A stretch of 64,000 nt of DNA, taken from positions 513 through 64,512 of the forward strand of contig JAXMFT010000005.1 of assembly GCA_046347635.1 (NCBI GenBank). The letters are read 5' to 3'. This document shows, piece after piece, positions 46,721-54,660 of the stretch. The notes under the pieces are model-generated. The model saw only the letters and a list, made by a program, of their open reading frames with translations. It searched no databases and had not been told where the DNA came from. The position numbers and the translations under genes are program-made. Positions within the stretch are counted from its first letter, which is position 1. Every line of letters begins with the position of its first letter. Source of the DNA: Burkholderiales bacterium. GTDB taxonomy: Bacteria; Pseudomonadota; Gammaproteobacteria; Burkholderiales; SG8-39.

Positions 46721-48091
46721 TCACGCCGCCACCCGGCTCACCACGTAGCGGTGCTTGCCGGACCGCTCGGGCGGGATGTCGTCCACGACCTCGACGCTCA
46801 CGTCCACCTCGCCGCCCAGGCGGCGCTTGAACGCCGCGCGGATGCGCCCGATCGCGGCGGGGTCGAACGCCGGCGACGGCACGACGAGCACGCGCGTGCG
46901 CGCCAGCGACTCCTGCACGATCTTGAAGCGCTCGATGCCGGGCTCCTCGCGCACCGAGTAGATGAGCGCGAGGCCGTGCATCACCGTGCCGTCGGCCGCG
47001 ACCACGAAATCCGTGGTGCGGCCCTGGACCTCGGCGAGGAGCGGCAGCCCGCGCCCGCAGGCGCACGCGCGGTCGTCGCGCACGCCGACGTCGCCGGTGC
47101 GGTAGCGCACGAACGGAAAGTCCTTCGTCGCGAGATGCGTGACGACGATCTCGCCCGCCTCCCCCGCCGGCAGCGCCCGGCCCGCCGCGTCCACGATCTC
47201 GACGATCGCGTCCTCCGCGGTCAGGTGCATGCCGCCCTCCGGGCACTCGTGCGCGAGGAAGCCGGCGTCGCGCCCGCCGTAGCCGTTCGCGACGCGGCAG
47301 CCGAAGGCTTGCGCGATCGCGGCGCGCTGGTCCTCGTACAGCCGCTCGGCGGTCACGAAGGCCACCGCCACGCCGAGGTCGTCCAGGCGGACGCCGCGCC
47401 GGCGCGCGTGGCGCGCGATCAGCGCGATCGACGAGGGATAACCGAACAGCATCTTCGGCCGCCGCGCCCGGATGCGCGCGACGAAGCGGTCGAGCTTCGC
47501 CTCCGACATCTCGAAGGCGGGCAGCAGCTCGGTCCGCATCAGCCGGTCGCGCAGCCCGCGCAGGCGGTCCTGCGCGCCGAGCTCGATCGGCGAGCCCCAC
47601 ACGACGATCTCCGGGTCGCCGACGTCCACGCCCCACCAGCGCGTGGCGCGCCACTTCGCCGCCACGTCGTGGCTCACCCGCTCGGCGCCGATGTAGAACA
47701 CCAGCGGCTCGCCGGACGAGCCGCCGGTGTTGAAGCGCGCGAGGCGCGCCGCGCGCTCGGACCTGAGGGCGTCGACGTGCGCGCGGATGAGCGGCTTGGT
47801 GAGGAACGGCAGCCGCCCGAGGTCGGCGAGCGCGCGGACCGCCCCCGGGTCGAACCCCGACCGGGCGAACAGCTCGCGGTAGTACGGCACGTGCGCGCCC
47901 GCGTGCGCGAGCAGCGCCCGCAGCCGCTCGAGCTGCAGCGCCTCCAGCCGCGCGCGCGGCCACCACTGGCTCTCCTCCATGCGCCGGCGGACCGCGGTGG
48001 TGGCGTGCGCCTTCAGCCGCTCCTGCAGCGGGAAGACGAGCCCGGCGATCAACCGGGTGAAGCCGTCGCTGTGGGCGCGGACCGGGATCAC
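46721..48091 (-). CDS. Adenylate-forming ligase (phenylacetate-CoA ligase / CapK / F390 synthetase-like)
   Basis: GTG 48091..48089 (GTGA overlap with upstream GT stop) in the frame of ORF 46721..48925. HVPYYRELFARSGFDP, FNTGGSSGEPLVFY (AMP-binding motif), RYRTGDVGVRDDRACACGRGLPLL, SGKHRYVVS. Confidence 0.8.
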   Translation of the reverse strand: MIPVRAHSDGFTRLIAGLVFPLQERLKAHATTAVRRRMEESQWWPRARLEALQLERLRALLAHAGAHVPYYRELFARSGFDPGAVRALADLGRLPFLTKPLIRAHVDALRSERAARLARFNTGGSSGEPLVFYIGAERVSHDVAAKWRATRWWGVDVGDPEIVVWGSPIELGAQDRLRGLRDRLMRTELLPAFEMSEAKLDRFVARIRARRPKMLFGYPSSIALIARHARRRGVRLDDLGVAVAFVTAERLYEDQRAAIAQAFGCRVANGYGGRDAGFLAHECPEGGMHLTAEDAIVEIVDAAGRALPAGEAGEIVVTHLATKDFPFVRYRTGDVGVRDDRACACGRGLPLLAEVQGRTTDFVVAADGTVMHGLALIYSVREEPGIERFKIVQESLARTRVLVVPSPAFDPAAIGRIRAAFKRRLGGEVDVSVEVVDDIPPERSGKHRYVVSRVAA

Positions 48092-49197
48092 GCCGCCGTC
48101 GCCGCGGCGGCGCGCGCCGCGAGGCAGTCCGCGTACAGCGCCGCCAGCTCGCCGCGCACGCGCGCCCACGCGTAACGCTGCACCTCGGCCAGCCCGGCGG
48201 CCACCAGGCCCGCGCGCAACCGCGCGTCGCGCAGGAGCGCGAGCGCCGCGTCGGCCATCGCCCGGTCGTCGCCCGCCGCGACGAGCAGCGCGGTCTTGCC
48301 GTGCGCGACCACGAAGGGCACGCCGCCGACGTCCGTGCTCACGACCGGCACGCCGCTCGCGAGCGCCTCGAGGATCGAGTTCGGCATGTTGTCGACGCGG
48401 CTCGGGTTGAGCACCACGTCGGCGTCCCGATAGAGCGCGGCCATCTGGTCGCGGTCGAGCCGCCCGGTGAAGGCCACGGCGCCGCCGACGCCGAGCGACT
48501 CTGCGAGCGCGCGCAGCTCGTCCAGCGCGGGGCCGGTGCCGGCGACGGACAGCCGTGCGCCGGGCAGCGCGGCCCGCACCGCGGCGAACGCGCGCAGCGC
48601 GGTCCCCACGTCGTAGATCGGCTCGAGGTTGCGCGCGACGACCAGGTGCGGCGCGGCCGGGTCGCGCCGCGCGTCCGCCGCCGGGCGGAAGCGCTCGAGG
48701 TCGACGACGTTCGGCAGCACGCGGCTCGCGATGCCGTGCTCGGCGAACACGCGCTGCAGGAAACCCGACGGGACCGCGAGCGCGGCGGCGCGCGCGAGCG
48801 TGGCCCGCACCGCGCGCGCGGAGCCGCGCAGGAACGCCGCCGCCTCGCCGCCCCGGTAGTTGACGACCACCGGCACGCCGCGCCACGCCGCGACGCGGAT
48901 GGCCGGCGCGGCGAACAGGTGCCACGCCCAGCCGGAGTTCGCCATGACGTGGAAGAGATCGGCCGCGCCCGCGGCGCGCCAGAGCCGCACGAGGTACGGC
49001 GCCAGGCGGAAGCCCGCGCGCAGCCCGCGCACGCGGCCGACCCAGGCGGGACGGTAGGGCGCGTTGACCTGCACGAGCGCGACGCGCGCGCCCTCGGCGG
49101 CGAGCAGCTCCGCGAGCTGGCGGGTCTGGTTGGCCATCCCGCCCGCGGGCGGCGGCAGCGGTCCGACCAGCACCACCCGCAGGCCCACGAGCGTCAT
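48088..49197 (-). CDS. GT4-family glycosyltransferase
   Basis: ATG 49197..49195 (ATGA overlap) in the frame of ORF 48088..49986. MTLVGLRVVLVGPLPPPAGGMANQTRQLAELLAAEG...; NPSRVDNMPNSILEALASGVPVVSTDVGGVPFVV. Confidence 0.85.
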   Translation of the reverse strand: MTLVGLRVVLVGPLPPPAGGMANQTRQLAELLAAEGARVALVQVNAPYRPAWVGRVRGLRAGFRLAPYLVRLWRAAGAADLFHVMANSGWAWHLFAAPAIRVAAWRGVPVVVNYRGGEAAAFLRGSARAVRATLARAAALAVPSGFLQRVFAEHGIASRVLPNVVDLERFRPAADARRDPAAPHLVVARNLEPIYDVGTALRAFAAVRAALPGARLSVAGTGPALDELRALAESLGVGGAVAFTGRLDRDQMAALYRDADVVLNPSRVDNMPNSILEALASGVPVVSTDVGGVPFVVAHGKTALLVAAGDDRAMADAALALLRDARLRAGLVAAGLAEVQRYAWARVRGELAALYADCLAARAAAATAA

Positions 49198-50408
49198 GCC
49201 GCGACGCGGTTCCGCGCGAGGCGCTCGAAGACGGGCCGGTAGCGCGCGACGCTCGCCGCCCAGGTGCGCTCGGTCTCGACGAAGCGGCGGCCCGCGTCGC
49301 GCAGCAGCGGCCAGCGCGCGCGGTCGCGGACGAGCCCGACGACGGCCGCCGCCAGCGCGGCGCGATCGCCGGCGCGGAACAGGACGCCGGTCCGGCCGTG
49401 CGCGATCAGCTCGCGGTGCCCGCCGACGTCGGAGGCCACGAGCAGCCGGCCCTGCGCCATGGCCTCGAGCGGCTTCAGCGGCGTCACCAGCTCGGTGAGG
49501 CGCATCGAGTGGCGCGGGTACGCGAGGATGTCCACCAGGTCGTAGTAGCGGTTGACGTGAGCGTGGGGCACGCGGCCGGCGAACACGACCTGGTCCGCGA
49601 TCCCGAGCCGCGCCGCCTGGGCCTTGAGCGCCGCCTCCTGAGGCCCGCCACCTACGAGCAGCACGCGCGCGTCGGGGATCTCGGCGACGATCGCGGGGAG
49701 CGCATCGAGGAGGAGGTCCAACCCTTCGTAGGCGTAAAAGGATCCGATGAATCCGACGACGGTCTTGCCGGCGAGGCCGAGCGTCGCCTCGAGCCGCTCG
49801 TCGGCGACGCCGCCGGTCTGGAACGAGGCGGCATCCACCGCGTTCGGGATGACCGTCACGCGCTGCGCCGGGATGCCGCGCGCGACGATGTCCTGCCGCA
49901 GTCCCTCGCAGATCGTCGTCACGTGGTCGGCGCGCTTCAGCGCCTGAGTCTCCAGCGCACGCACCAGCCGGTAGCGCGGCCCCCACTCGGCGTGCGTGCC
50001 GTGGTCGACCGCGGCGTCCTCCCAGAACGCGCGCACCTCGTACACCACCGGGAGGCCGAGGCGCCGGCCGACGCGCAGCGCCGGGATCGCGTTCAGCACC
50101 GGCGAGTGCGCGTGCAGGAGGTCGGGCCTGACGCGGCGCGCGATCTCCTCGAGACGCCGGGTGGTGGCGGCGATCAGGCGCATCTCGTGCATGCCCGGCA
50201 CGAAGCCGCGCGCGTCGGCCATCGGCGTGCGGTAGAAGTGCCAGCCGTCCACGTCCTCCTCGTCCACCGTGCAGCCCGCCTGCTTCGGGCTGGTGAGGTG
50301 GAAGGTCTCCCAGCCGAGCGCACGCTGCTCCCTGAGGATCGACACCGTGCGGAACGTGTAGCCGCTTTGCAGCGGGATCGAGTGGTCGAGGACGTGCAGG
50401 ATGCGCAT
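49194..50408 (-). CDS. GT4 glycosyltransferase of the exosortase-A-system-associated type
   Basis: ATG 50408..50406 in the frame of ORF 49194..50822. MRILHVLDHSIPLQSGYTFRTVSILREQRALGWETFHLTSPKQ...; LTELVTPLKPLEAMAQGRLLVASDVGGHRELI. Confidence 0.85.
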   Translation of the reverse strand: MRILHVLDHSIPLQSGYTFRTVSILREQRALGWETFHLTSPKQAGCTVDEEDVDGWHFYRTPMADARGFVPGMHEMRLIAATTRRLEEIARRVRPDLLHAHSPVLNAIPALRVGRRLGLPVVYEVRAFWEDAAVDHGTHAEWGPRYRLVRALETQALKRADHVTTICEGLRQDIVARGIPAQRVTVIPNAVDAASFQTGGVADERLEATLGLAGKTVVGFIGSFYAYEGLDLLLDALPAIVAEIPDARVLLVGGGPQEAALKAQAARLGIADQVVFAGRVPHAHVNRYYDLVDILAYPRHSMRLTELVTPLKPLEAMAQGRLLVASDVGGHRELIAHGRTGVLFRAGDRAALAAAVVGLVRDRARWPLLRDAGRRFVETERTWAASVARYRPVFERLARNRVAA

Positions 50409-50416
50409 CGCGCCGG

Positions 50417-50797
50417 TCAGAAGAGGACGAGCAGCCAGGTCGCGGCGAGGTTGACGAGGCTCACGAACACCGCGGCGCTGCCGAGATCCTTGGCGCGCGC
50501 GGCGAGCGCGTGGTCGCCCGGGGAGACGAGGTCGACCACCGACTCCACCGCGGAGTTGAGCAGCTCCACCACCAGCACCAGCAGGACGCTCGCGACGAGG
50601 GCCGCCTTCCCCGGCGGCGAGGCGGGGAGGAACAGGGCGACCGGGATCAGCACCGCCGCGAGGGCGAGCTCCTGCCGGAACGCGTGCTCGCGCGCAATCG
50701 CCGTGCGCAGGCCGGCGAGCGAGTAGCCGAACGCGCGCCGGATCCGGGCGAGGCCGCCGACGCTCTTGTGCCGGTTGACGGGCGGGGGCTGCACCAT
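50417..50797 (-). CDS. dgkA: Diacylglycerol kinase family protein (DgkA-like small membrane lipid kinase)
   Basis: ATG 50797..50795, 126 aa. RAFGYSLAGLRTAIAREHAFRQELALAAVLIPVAL...VVELLNSAVESVVDLV...ARAKDLGSAAVFVSL is the classic DgkA pattern. Confidence 0.8.
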   Translation of the reverse strand: MVQPPPVNRHKSVGGLARIRRAFGYSLAGLRTAIAREHAFRQELALAAVLIPVALFLPASPPGKAALVASVLLVLVVELLNSAVESVVDLVSPGDHALAARAKDLGSAAVFVSLVNLAATWLLVLF

Positions 50798-50814
50798 CGC
50801 TCCTCCTCGCCGGC

Positions 50815-52740
50815 TCACGCACTCGCGCGCAGCAACCCGGCCTCGCCGCGGTCGAGCACGTTGCGCAGGAACCCGTCGAACATGAGCAGCGTCCAGATCG
50901 GCGCGCTGTAGTCGCGCACGCCGGACTGGTGGTCGTCCACCAGGCGCTTGAGGTAGGCGCGATTGAAGAACCCGGTGTCGGCCAGGCGCTCGCCCAGGAG
51001 GCTCGCGCGCACGCGCGCGGCGAGCGGGCCGCGGAACCAGCGCGCCAGCGGCACCGCGAAGCCCATCTTCGGACGGTACATCACGTCGGGCGGCAGGTAG
51101 GGCTCCATCGCCTTCTTCAGCAGCACCTTGCCTTCCTGCCCGCGCACCTTCAGCGCGGTCGGGAGCCCCGCGAGCCACTCGATCAGCAGGTGGTCCATCA
51201 GCGGCTCGCGCACCTCGAGCGAGTGCGCCATGCTGGCGCGGTCCACCTTGGTGTTGATGTCGCCGACGAGGTAGGTCTTGAGGTCGAGGTACTGCACCAG
51301 CGCGAGCGGGTCGTCGGTGCCGGCGCGGCGCGCGTGGCGGTGGAACACCTCCGCCGCGGTGTAGCCGCCGAGCGCGGCCATGAGGCCGTGGCTGAAGAGC
51401 TCGCGCCGCATGCCGTCGCGCAGGATCGACACCCCGTGGAAGTACGCGTCCACCGAGTCGCGCGCGAGCGCCTCGAAGGTGGACTTCGCGCGGAAGACGC
51501 GCGGCGCCCAGTCGGCCTTCGGGTACACCCGTCCCAGCAGGCCGAACACCTGCCGGCGCAGGCCGAGCGGCAGGCTCGCGCGCAGGCGCTCCTCGGCGAG
51601 GTGCAGGCGGTAGCGCCGGTAGCCGCCGAAGCCCTCGTCGCCGCCGTCGCCGGACAGCGCGACGGTCACGTGCTTGCGCGCGAGCTGGCACACGCGGTAG
51701 GTCGGGATCGCGGAGCTGTCGGCGTACGGCTCGTCGTACAGGCGCGCCAGCTCGTCGATCAGGCCGAAGTCGTCGCTCTCGACGGTCTCGGCGCGATGGT
51801 TCGTCCGGTAGCGCTCGGCCACCGCGCGCGCGAACGCCGACTCGTCGAAGCCCGGCTCGGTGAACGCGATCGAGCAGGTGTTGACGGGATCCGGCGAGAG
51901 GCCCGCCATCATCGCCACCACCGCGCTCGAGTCCACCCCGCCGGACAGGAACGCGCCGAGCGGCACCTCCGAGATGAGGCGCAGCCGGACCGACTCGCGC
52001 AGGCGCGCGACGAGCTCCGCGGCCGCCTCCTGCTCGTTCAGCCGCATGTCGAGCGTGAAGCGGACGTCCCAGTACGCCTTCGGCGCGGCGAGCGGCGCGC
52101 CGCGCCTGACGCACAGCGTGTGCGCGGGCGGGAGCTTCAGCGCGCCGGGGAAGATCGTGCGCGGCTCGGGGATGTAGCCGAGCGCGCAGTACTCCTCCAC
52201 CGCGAACGGGTCGAGCGTGCGCGCGAGGCCGGGGTGCACGAGCAGGCTCTTCAGCTCGGAGCCGAACGCGAGCTCGCCGTTCGGGAGGAGCGCATAGAAG
52301 AGCGGCTTCACGCCCAGGCGGTCGCGCGCGAGGAAGAGCGTCTCGCGGTTGCGGTCCCACAGCGCGAACGCGAACATGCCGCGGAAGCGCGTCACGCAGT
52401 CCTCGCCCCACTCCTCCCAGGCGTGGACGATCACCTCGGTGTCGCTCTTGGTGCGGAAGACGTGGCCGCGCGCGGCGAGCTCCGGGATCAGGTCCTGGTA
52501 GTTGTAGATCTCGCCGTTGAACACCACGACGACGCTGCCGTCCTCGTTGAAGAGCGGCTGCTGCCCGGTGGCGAGGTCGATGATCGAGAGGCGCCGGTGG
52601 CCGAGGCCCAGGCCGGGCTCGAAGTGCGTCGCGCCCTCGTCGGGGCCGCGGTGGTGCTGGCTCTCGTTCATGCGCGCGACGAGCGCGCGCGAGATCTCGC
52701 GCTTGCCGCGCGTGTCGAGGAGGCCGACGAGGCCGCACAT
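50815..52740 (-). CDS. Asparagine synthase (glutamine-hydrolysing)-type amidotransferase, exosortase-A-system-associated type
   Basis: 641-codon ORF. MCGLVGLLD (Cys2 Ntn nucleophile), HRGPDEG, FLSGGVDSSAVVAMMA (PP-loop), KMGFAVPLARWFRG. Confidence 0.9.
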   Translation of the reverse strand: MCGLVGLLDTRGKREISRALVARMNESQHHRGPDEGATHFEPGLGLGHRRLSIIDLATGQQPLFNEDGSVVVVFNGEIYNYQDLIPELAARGHVFRTKSDTEVIVHAWEEWGEDCVTRFRGMFAFALWDRNRETLFLARDRLGVKPLFYALLPNGELAFGSELKSLLVHPGLARTLDPFAVEEYCALGYIPEPRTIFPGALKLPPAHTLCVRRGAPLAAPKAYWDVRFTLDMRLNEQEAAAELVARLRESVRLRLISEVPLGAFLSGGVDSSAVVAMMAGLSPDPVNTCSIAFTEPGFDESAFARAVAERYRTNHRAETVESDDFGLIDELARLYDEPYADSSAIPTYRVCQLARKHVTVALSGDGGDEGFGGYRRYRLHLAEERLRASLPLGLRRQVFGLLGRVYPKADWAPRVFRAKSTFEALARDSVDAYFHGVSILRDGMRRELFSHGLMAALGGYTAAEVFHRHARRAGTDDPLALVQYLDLKTYLVGDINTKVDRASMAHSLEVREPLMDHLLIEWLAGLPTALKVRGQEGKVLLKKAMEPYLPPDVMYRPKMGFAVPLARWFRGPLAARVRASLLGERLADTGFFNRAYLKRLVDDHQSGVRDYSAPIWTLLMFDGFLRNVLDRGEAGLLRASA

Positions 52741-52786
52741 GGCTAGTCGGCCTCCGGCATTGCGAAGGCCGACCAGCCGAGTCCGG

Positions 52787-53191
52787 TCAGGCGATCAGCT
52801 CGTGGCGGACGCCGATTTTCTCGTATGTGAGCAGCGCTCGCCGGTCCCGCGTGAGGAGTTGGGCGCCCGCACGCTTCGCCGTTTCGGCGATCAGCGCGTC
52901 GTAGATCATGCCCCCGGTCAGTCCCGCCGCGACCGCCGACTCGAGAACGGCGCGATGCGCGGTGCCCGGCAGCGTCAGTAGCGCGGCCGGAAACCGCTCT
53001 GACAGAAACGTCGCAACCAATCCCGCCGGCGCGCGGTGCGGCGGAGGAAGGCGAGTGAGCACCGAATAGGTTTCGATCAACGCGTGCGCCGGCAAACGTG
53101 GCTTGCGCGCAAGGATGGACAGTGCGGTCTCGTGCCCCTCGTGCCACGAGGCAAATCCCGCCACCACGACGCTCGTATCGACCGCGATCAA
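52787..53191 (-). CDS. vapC: PIN-domain toxin VapC
   Basis: 134-codon ORF. MIAVDTSVVVAGF (first acidic PIN residue), IYDALIAETAKRAGAQLLTRDRRA. 4-nt overlap with the upstream antitoxin gene. Confidence 0.85.
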   Translation of the reverse strand: MIAVDTSVVVAGFASWHEGHETALSILARKPRLPAHALIETYSVLTRLPPPHRAPAGLVATFLSERFPAALLTLPGTAHRAVLESAVAAGLTGGMIYDALIAETAKRAGAQLLTRDRRALLTYEKIGVRHELIA

Positions 53192-53433
53192 CGACGGGTC
53201 TGCTCGATCGTCTCGCGGACGAGCTCGTCGGTGAGCGGCGGCAACTTCTTGGCCGGGACGGCGACGCGTCCGCCTCGTCGCCCGACGAGCGCCATCGGTG
53301 TAGGCGCCGGCTCGATCTCGAGCCGCCCGTCGCGCTCACGGATGTCGACGACCCGACCTCCGACCAGTCCCAGCCGTTCACGTAGCACCTTCGGAACGAC
53401 GATCCGCCCAGCGGCATCGATGGTAGATCTCAT
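53188..53433 (-). CDS. vapB: AbrB/SpoVT-fold antitoxin VapB
   Basis: 81-codon ORF. MRSTIDAAGRIVVPKVLRERLGLVGGRVVDIRERDGRLEIEP is a swapped-hairpin AbrB-like motif. Confidence 0.8.
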   Translation of the reverse strand: MRSTIDAAGRIVVPKVLRERLGLVGGRVVDIRERDGRLEIEPAPTPMALVGRRGGRVAVPAKKLPPLTDELVRETIEQTRR

Positions 53434-53463
53434 GGCAGAAGTTTACCACGACGAATGGCATCG

Positions 53464-54657
53464 TCAGCGCGCCCGCGCGAAGCCCGACGCCTGGACGGGC
53501 GCCCGAGCCGCGAGCAGATCGCGGTACAGCTCCCCGTACCGCCGCACCATCCCGTCGAGACTGAACTGGCTCTCGGCGCGCTCCCGCCCCGCGCGCCCGC
53601 GCGCGGCCGCCAGCTGCGGCGCGCGGAAGCACGCGGCGATCTCGCGCGCGAGCGCCTCCGGATCCTCCGGCGGGACGAGCACCCCGGTGACGCCCTCCTC
53701 GATCAGCTCCGGGTTCCCGCCGACGTTCGTCGCGATCACCGGCAGGCCGGTCGCCATCGCCTCGAGGATCGTGTTGGAGATGCCCTCGGCGCGCGACGGC
53801 AGCACGAAGCAGTCCAGCCCGCGCAGGCACGCCGGCACGTCGGCGCGCTCGCCGGGCAGCCACGCGAGGTGCGCGGCCCGCGCCTTGGCGAGCACGTCCT
53901 CGACCTCGGCGCGCAGCGCGCCGTCGCCGACGATCGCGAGCCGCATGCGCTGCGCCGCGCCCGGCACGAGCGCCAGCGCGCGCACGAACGCGCGCGCGAG
54001 GGTCACCTGGTCCTTCACGCGCTGCAGGCGGCCGACCGTGCCGACAACCCACAGGTCGGGATGGTTGAACGGGCTGCCCGCGATCGGCGCGCGCGCGCCG
54101 TCGCGCGCCGGCGCGAAGCGCGCGGTGTCCACGCCGTTGCAGATGCGCGCGACGCGTGCGCGCGGCACGCCAACCGCATCGATGAGATACGACTCCAGGC
54201 CCTGCGACAGCGCGACGTAGCGGTGCACGAAGGGGCGGTAGAGGCGGCGCAGCCACCGGTACTTGCGGCGCGAGCCGACCAGGTCCGCGACGTCCCAGCC
54301 GTGCTCGCCGTGGATGCGCACCGGCACGCCGGCGAGCGCCGCGGGCACCGTCGCCTCCAGCGCGGCGAGGTTGCGCGTGTGGACGATCGCCGGCCGCAGC
54401 GCCCGGAAGAGCCGGTAGAGCGCGGGGTAGACCTTATAGCCGTGCCCATCGCCTTTCCCGATGGGGTGGAAGGTCACGTCGTCGCGCGCGACGCGGTCGC
54501 GGAACGCGGTGATCTCGGTCAGCGCGACGACCGCGTGGCGGAAGTCTCCGGCGGGTAGCCGGTTGATCAGGTTGACGACCCCGTTCTCGAGGCCGCCGAC
54601 GTCGAAGCGGTGGACGACGTGGGCGATCAGCGGGCGCGGGTCGCGAGCCGGGGACAC
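53464..54657 (-). CDS. GT4 sugar transferase of the PEP-CTERM/EpsH1-associated type
   Basis: 397-codon ORF. LIAHVVHRFDVGGLENGVVNLINRLPAGDFRHAVVALTEITAFRDRV; PSRAEGISNTILEAMATGLPVIATNVGGNPELI. Confidence 0.85.
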   Translation of the reverse strand: MSPARDPRPLIAHVVHRFDVGGLENGVVNLINRLPAGDFRHAVVALTEITAFRDRVARDDVTFHPIGKGDGHGYKVYPALYRLFRALRPAIVHTRNLAALEATVPAALAGVPVRIHGEHGWDVADLVGSRRKYRWLRRLYRPFVHRYVALSQGLESYLIDAVGVPRARVARICNGVDTARFAPARDGARAPIAGSPFNHPDLWVVGTVGRLQRVKDQVTLARAFVRALALVPGAAQRMRLAIVGDGALRAEVEDVLAKARAAHLAWLPGERADVPACLRGLDCFVLPSRAEGISNTILEAMATGLPVIATNVGGNPELIEEGVTGVLVPPEDPEALAREIAACFRAPQLAAARGRAGRERAESQFSLDGMVRRYGELYRDLLAARAPVQASGFARAR

Positions 54658-54660
54658 GGG

